A stretch of 64,000 bases of DNA from positions 15,459 through 79,458 of the forward strand of contig JAGCGL010000060.1 in NCBI GenBank assembly GCA_017649605.1. Reading direction: 5' to 3'. Positions 62,040-64,000 of this stretch are shown piece by piece (position 1 is the first letter of the stretch; each line of letters begins with the position of its first letter). The notes beneath the pieces are model-generated. The model saw only the letters and a list, made by a program, of their open reading frames with translations. It had not been told where the DNA came from and searched no databases. Made by a program: the position numbers and the translations under genes. Source of the stretch: Spirochaetia bacterium. GTDB lineage: Bacteria; Spirochaetota; Spirochaetia; CADAEX01.

Positions 62040-62250
62040 GTTATACCCCTTGTAATTAAGTTTCTTTGAAAGATTTTCATTGTCTTTCAGTTGACACCTT
62101 TAATCTAAAGTTGGTTGATACTTTTAACAATTTCAGAAATATTTAGGGTCGGTGGGTAAACTATCAGAAAAAAATGGTATGCTTTTGCGTACTTTGCCGA
62201 TTTTATGGGATAAAAAGACTATCAGAATTATTAATAAAAAAACAGAAATA

Positions 62251-62808
62251 TTATACTAGCCAGATAAGAATATTTCCAAATTCTTGCTTTAAGTTCTCCA
62301 ACGTCCCTTTGGTTGCCCTAGGGCCGCCAGTAGTGTGTTTCATAGTTTCACTTTCTAGCCCAAATATATCATCTAGATCGGATAATTTTAAAGGATTTCT
62401 GCCCTTGTTACGTGGTTCTGGTACTGTCTTATATAAATTATAAAATTTACGATATGATAAATTTTCAAGTGATAAACATTTCCTCTTATCATCTATGGTA
62501 ATATAGGAATTTTCATATAAACCACCAAATAATAAAGCAAAAAGCGGCTGCCAGTTTACCAGGTTTTCAAGTTTAGTATAGAGCTCTTCTTTTATATTTC
62601 CAGAAAAGGGCTTTATGCTCTTTAAACAATTATCCTTGGACATAAGGTAGGTTTTTAATAACCCCTTACAATAAAGGGCGTTGCCACCCCATTTCTGGGA
62701 AAAATAATCTATTGCCGCCCATACATCAAGTCCTACTCTCTCCCATAATCCTGTCATTGCTGCATAGCATAAAATTGTGTCTTTCTGATCATCTGTTATT
62801 GTGTTCAT
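62251..62808 (-). CDS. hypothetical protein
   Basis: 185-aa ORF with a 4-nt overlap to the upstream ORF. It is AT-rich and matches no family I recognise. Confidence 0.5.
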   Translation of the reverse strand: MNTITDDQKDTILCYAAMTGLWERVGLDVWAAIDYFSQKWGGNALYCKGLLKTYLMSKDNCLKSIKPFSGNIKEELYTKLENLVNWQPLFALLFGGLYENSYITIDDKRKCLSLENLSYRKFYNLYKTVPEPRNKGRNPLKLSDLDDIFGLESETMKHTTGGPRATKGTLENLKQEFGNILIWLV

Positions 62809-63287
62809 TGCTTCCCCCTCTCTGTTGCAAGAGCAATTACCGCCTTTTCTGTTCCCCTGTTAATCCATTCGTCCAGGTTTACAAGCATATGCTTGCGGCC
62901 TGTCTTTTCTTTTATATAACCTACAAGCTGATTATTAAATAAACGCTCTATATCTCTGAACATACGGGGTGGCATTAAGAATAACATTTTGCAAAGTGCA
63001 GCCCTTTCCCCTGGGCCTTTGTTTTCTCCCTCTATCTTTGGAGGCCAGGGCGGCGGCGTCAATGGGTCTTTATCGGCCCAAAAATCCAGGGGGAATTTAT
63101 CATTGGGCATATGTCCTGTTATATCCCGTATATGGCAATCCAGGCATAAATTAATATAACTATCTATTCTAATAAATATTTCTTTAGGGGCAAGAAACAA
63201 GGCCTTGCAAAGTGCTATTCTTCGCTTGATATGTTTATCTGACATCTTGGCCTGGCGGCGTTCTGTATCTGTTATAGTTTCAAGCAT
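62805..63287 (-). CDS. hypothetical protein with an internal duplication
   Basis: 160 aa. Two copies of an ALCK-LFL-P---F--I motif are present. It overlaps the integrase stop by 8 nt, and GGGGG lies 6 nt before the ATG. Confidence 0.5.
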   Translation of the reverse strand: MLETITDTERRQAKMSDKHIKRRIALCKALFLAPKEIFIRIDSYINLCLDCHIRDITGHMPNDKFPLDFWADKDPLTPPPWPPKIEGENKGPGERAALCKMLFLMPPRMFRDIERLFNNQLVGYIKEKTGRKHMLVNLDEWINRGTEKAVIALATERGKQ

Positions 63288-64000
63288 AGCAACCCCCTAT
63301 AATTGCCCTCTGTACTCCAGTAATCTCTAATAAATCGCCACTTGTGAAATGGGTGTATCTGTCTGTCATTCTTTCGTCTGCATGGCCTGTAATGGCTCTT
63401 ATTTTGGCTTCTGATACATTGCCAGCCCTTAACATTGTGTTGTAGAAGTGCCGCCAACTGTGGAAACATAAATTGCGGCGGCGGCGTTCATCTTCTGAAA
63501 TTCCCATTGCCTTAAGTGCATAGTAAAGGCCGCCCTCTTCTATTTGATAAACTGGCATGGGTGCTTGGCCGTCAAGGGAGAATATAAACCCCTCTGGTGT
63601 CGGTGCTATTTCAACCAGCATAGTTTTTATTTCATCTGTTACAGGTATAGGGCGGCTCTTGTGGTTCTTTGTGTCTTTAAGTCCAAAACTGCTCATGCTA
63701 TGCTCTACGTTCAAAAACCAGCCCTGTTTATCCTGTCTTATGTCTACACCTCTCAACGCCCTAACCTCGTTTAACCTCATGCCCGAAACGGCAGAAAGAA
63801 AATTTGCAGCATAGGCCAGGCGGTTGCCTTTCCAGTATATATTTATATTCTTTGGGTTAAAAAGTTCGCTTGCCTCTGCTGGGTCAAGTATGCCTCTTTC
63901 CTCGGGGCGGTCAATAAAAGGCTTTACAAGCCGCCCAGGGTTCGCCGCTAAATATCCTTGCTCTACTGCATAATCAAGCATAATATTTAAAAAAATCCTG
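63280..64000 (-). CDS. tyrosine recombinase/phage integrase, catalytic domain; the N-terminus lies outside the window
   Basis: Motifs seen are RLNEVRALR (Arg), HSWRHFYNT (HxxR) and GHADERMTDRYTH (His/Tyr). The reading frame stays open upstream of M at 63981 to the window edge. Confidence 0.8.
   Translation of the reverse strand, partial: RIFLNIMLDYAVEQGYLAANPGRLVKPFIDRPEERGILDPAEASELFNPKNINIYWKGNRLAYAANFLSAVSGMRLNEVRALRGVDIRQDKQGWFLNVEHSMSSFGLKDTKNHKSRPIPVTDEIKTMLVEIAPTPEGFIFSLDGQAPMPVYQIEEGGLYYALKAMGISEDERRRRNLCFHSWRHFYNTMLRAGNVSEAKIRAITGHADERMTDRYTHFTSGDLLEITGVQRAIIGGCYA

Larger units (their letters stand above)
59271..64000 (-). mobile_element. small integrative element (integrase, Xis, orphan small terminase, no structural genes); the right end lies outside the window
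   Basis: The content is a tyrosine integrase, an excisionase-type HTH, a Terminase_2-like TerS, a 26-nt repeat array and orphan ORFs. G+C is lower than in the flanking potDABC/tcdA region. Confidence 0.65.

Noticed and set aside
62174-62443. The 89-aa plus-strand ORF read as the missing repressor of the integrative element.
   Set aside because: It has no SD and overlaps orf185 antisense for about 190 nt. Its translation is hydrophobic and low-complexity with no HTH pattern.

Overview
This is a 64-kb bacterial chromosomal window with most genes on the minus strand. I cannot name the taxon from sequence alone; the gene content looks like an anaerobe.

The backbone is roughly 50% G+C or higher, judged from a few hand-counted lines. 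It carries ordinary housekeeping and transport genes: aconitase, putP, a DAACS symporter, CDF and MATE transporters, slyD, ferredoxin, radC, rlmE, dapAB, potDABC, tcdA, tRNA-Gly(CCC), a TAXI-TRAP operon with three tandem M20 peptidases, and a NarL-type two-component system with a LarA homolog and glycerate kinase.

Four accessory patches, mostly AT-richer, interrupt the backbone:
- **0.2-7.4 kb:** defence-island-like. It holds a Phd/VapC toxin-antitoxin pair, DUF1810, a MazG plus DUF2075 (PD-(D/E)XK plus SF1-like ATPase) operon, three phased 28-bp palindromes, DUF1848, an AT-rich orphan and a HIRAN protein.
- **39.9-44.9 kb:** two diverged patatin-like lipase paralogs behind an identical 30-nt promoter. 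An Rpn-type nuclease gene separates them. An LRAT/NlpC-P60 protein, a DUF697-like protein, a 62-codon ORF and an XRE regulator accompany them.
- **45.2-50.4 kb:** an island of about 30% G+C encoding M42 peptidase, a 33-codon peptide absent from the ORF track, an RRE/radical-SAM/SPASM maturase and an SNF2 helicase.
- **59.3 kb to the window end:** a small element with integrase, Xis and an orphan small terminase but no structural genes. It ends in a 26-nt tandem repeat array and is a candidate phage satellite.

Seven accessory genes share an exact -35/17 nt/-10/6 nt/ATG geometry, which implies leaderless mRNAs.

All functional calls come from motif recognition by eye; no database search was run.
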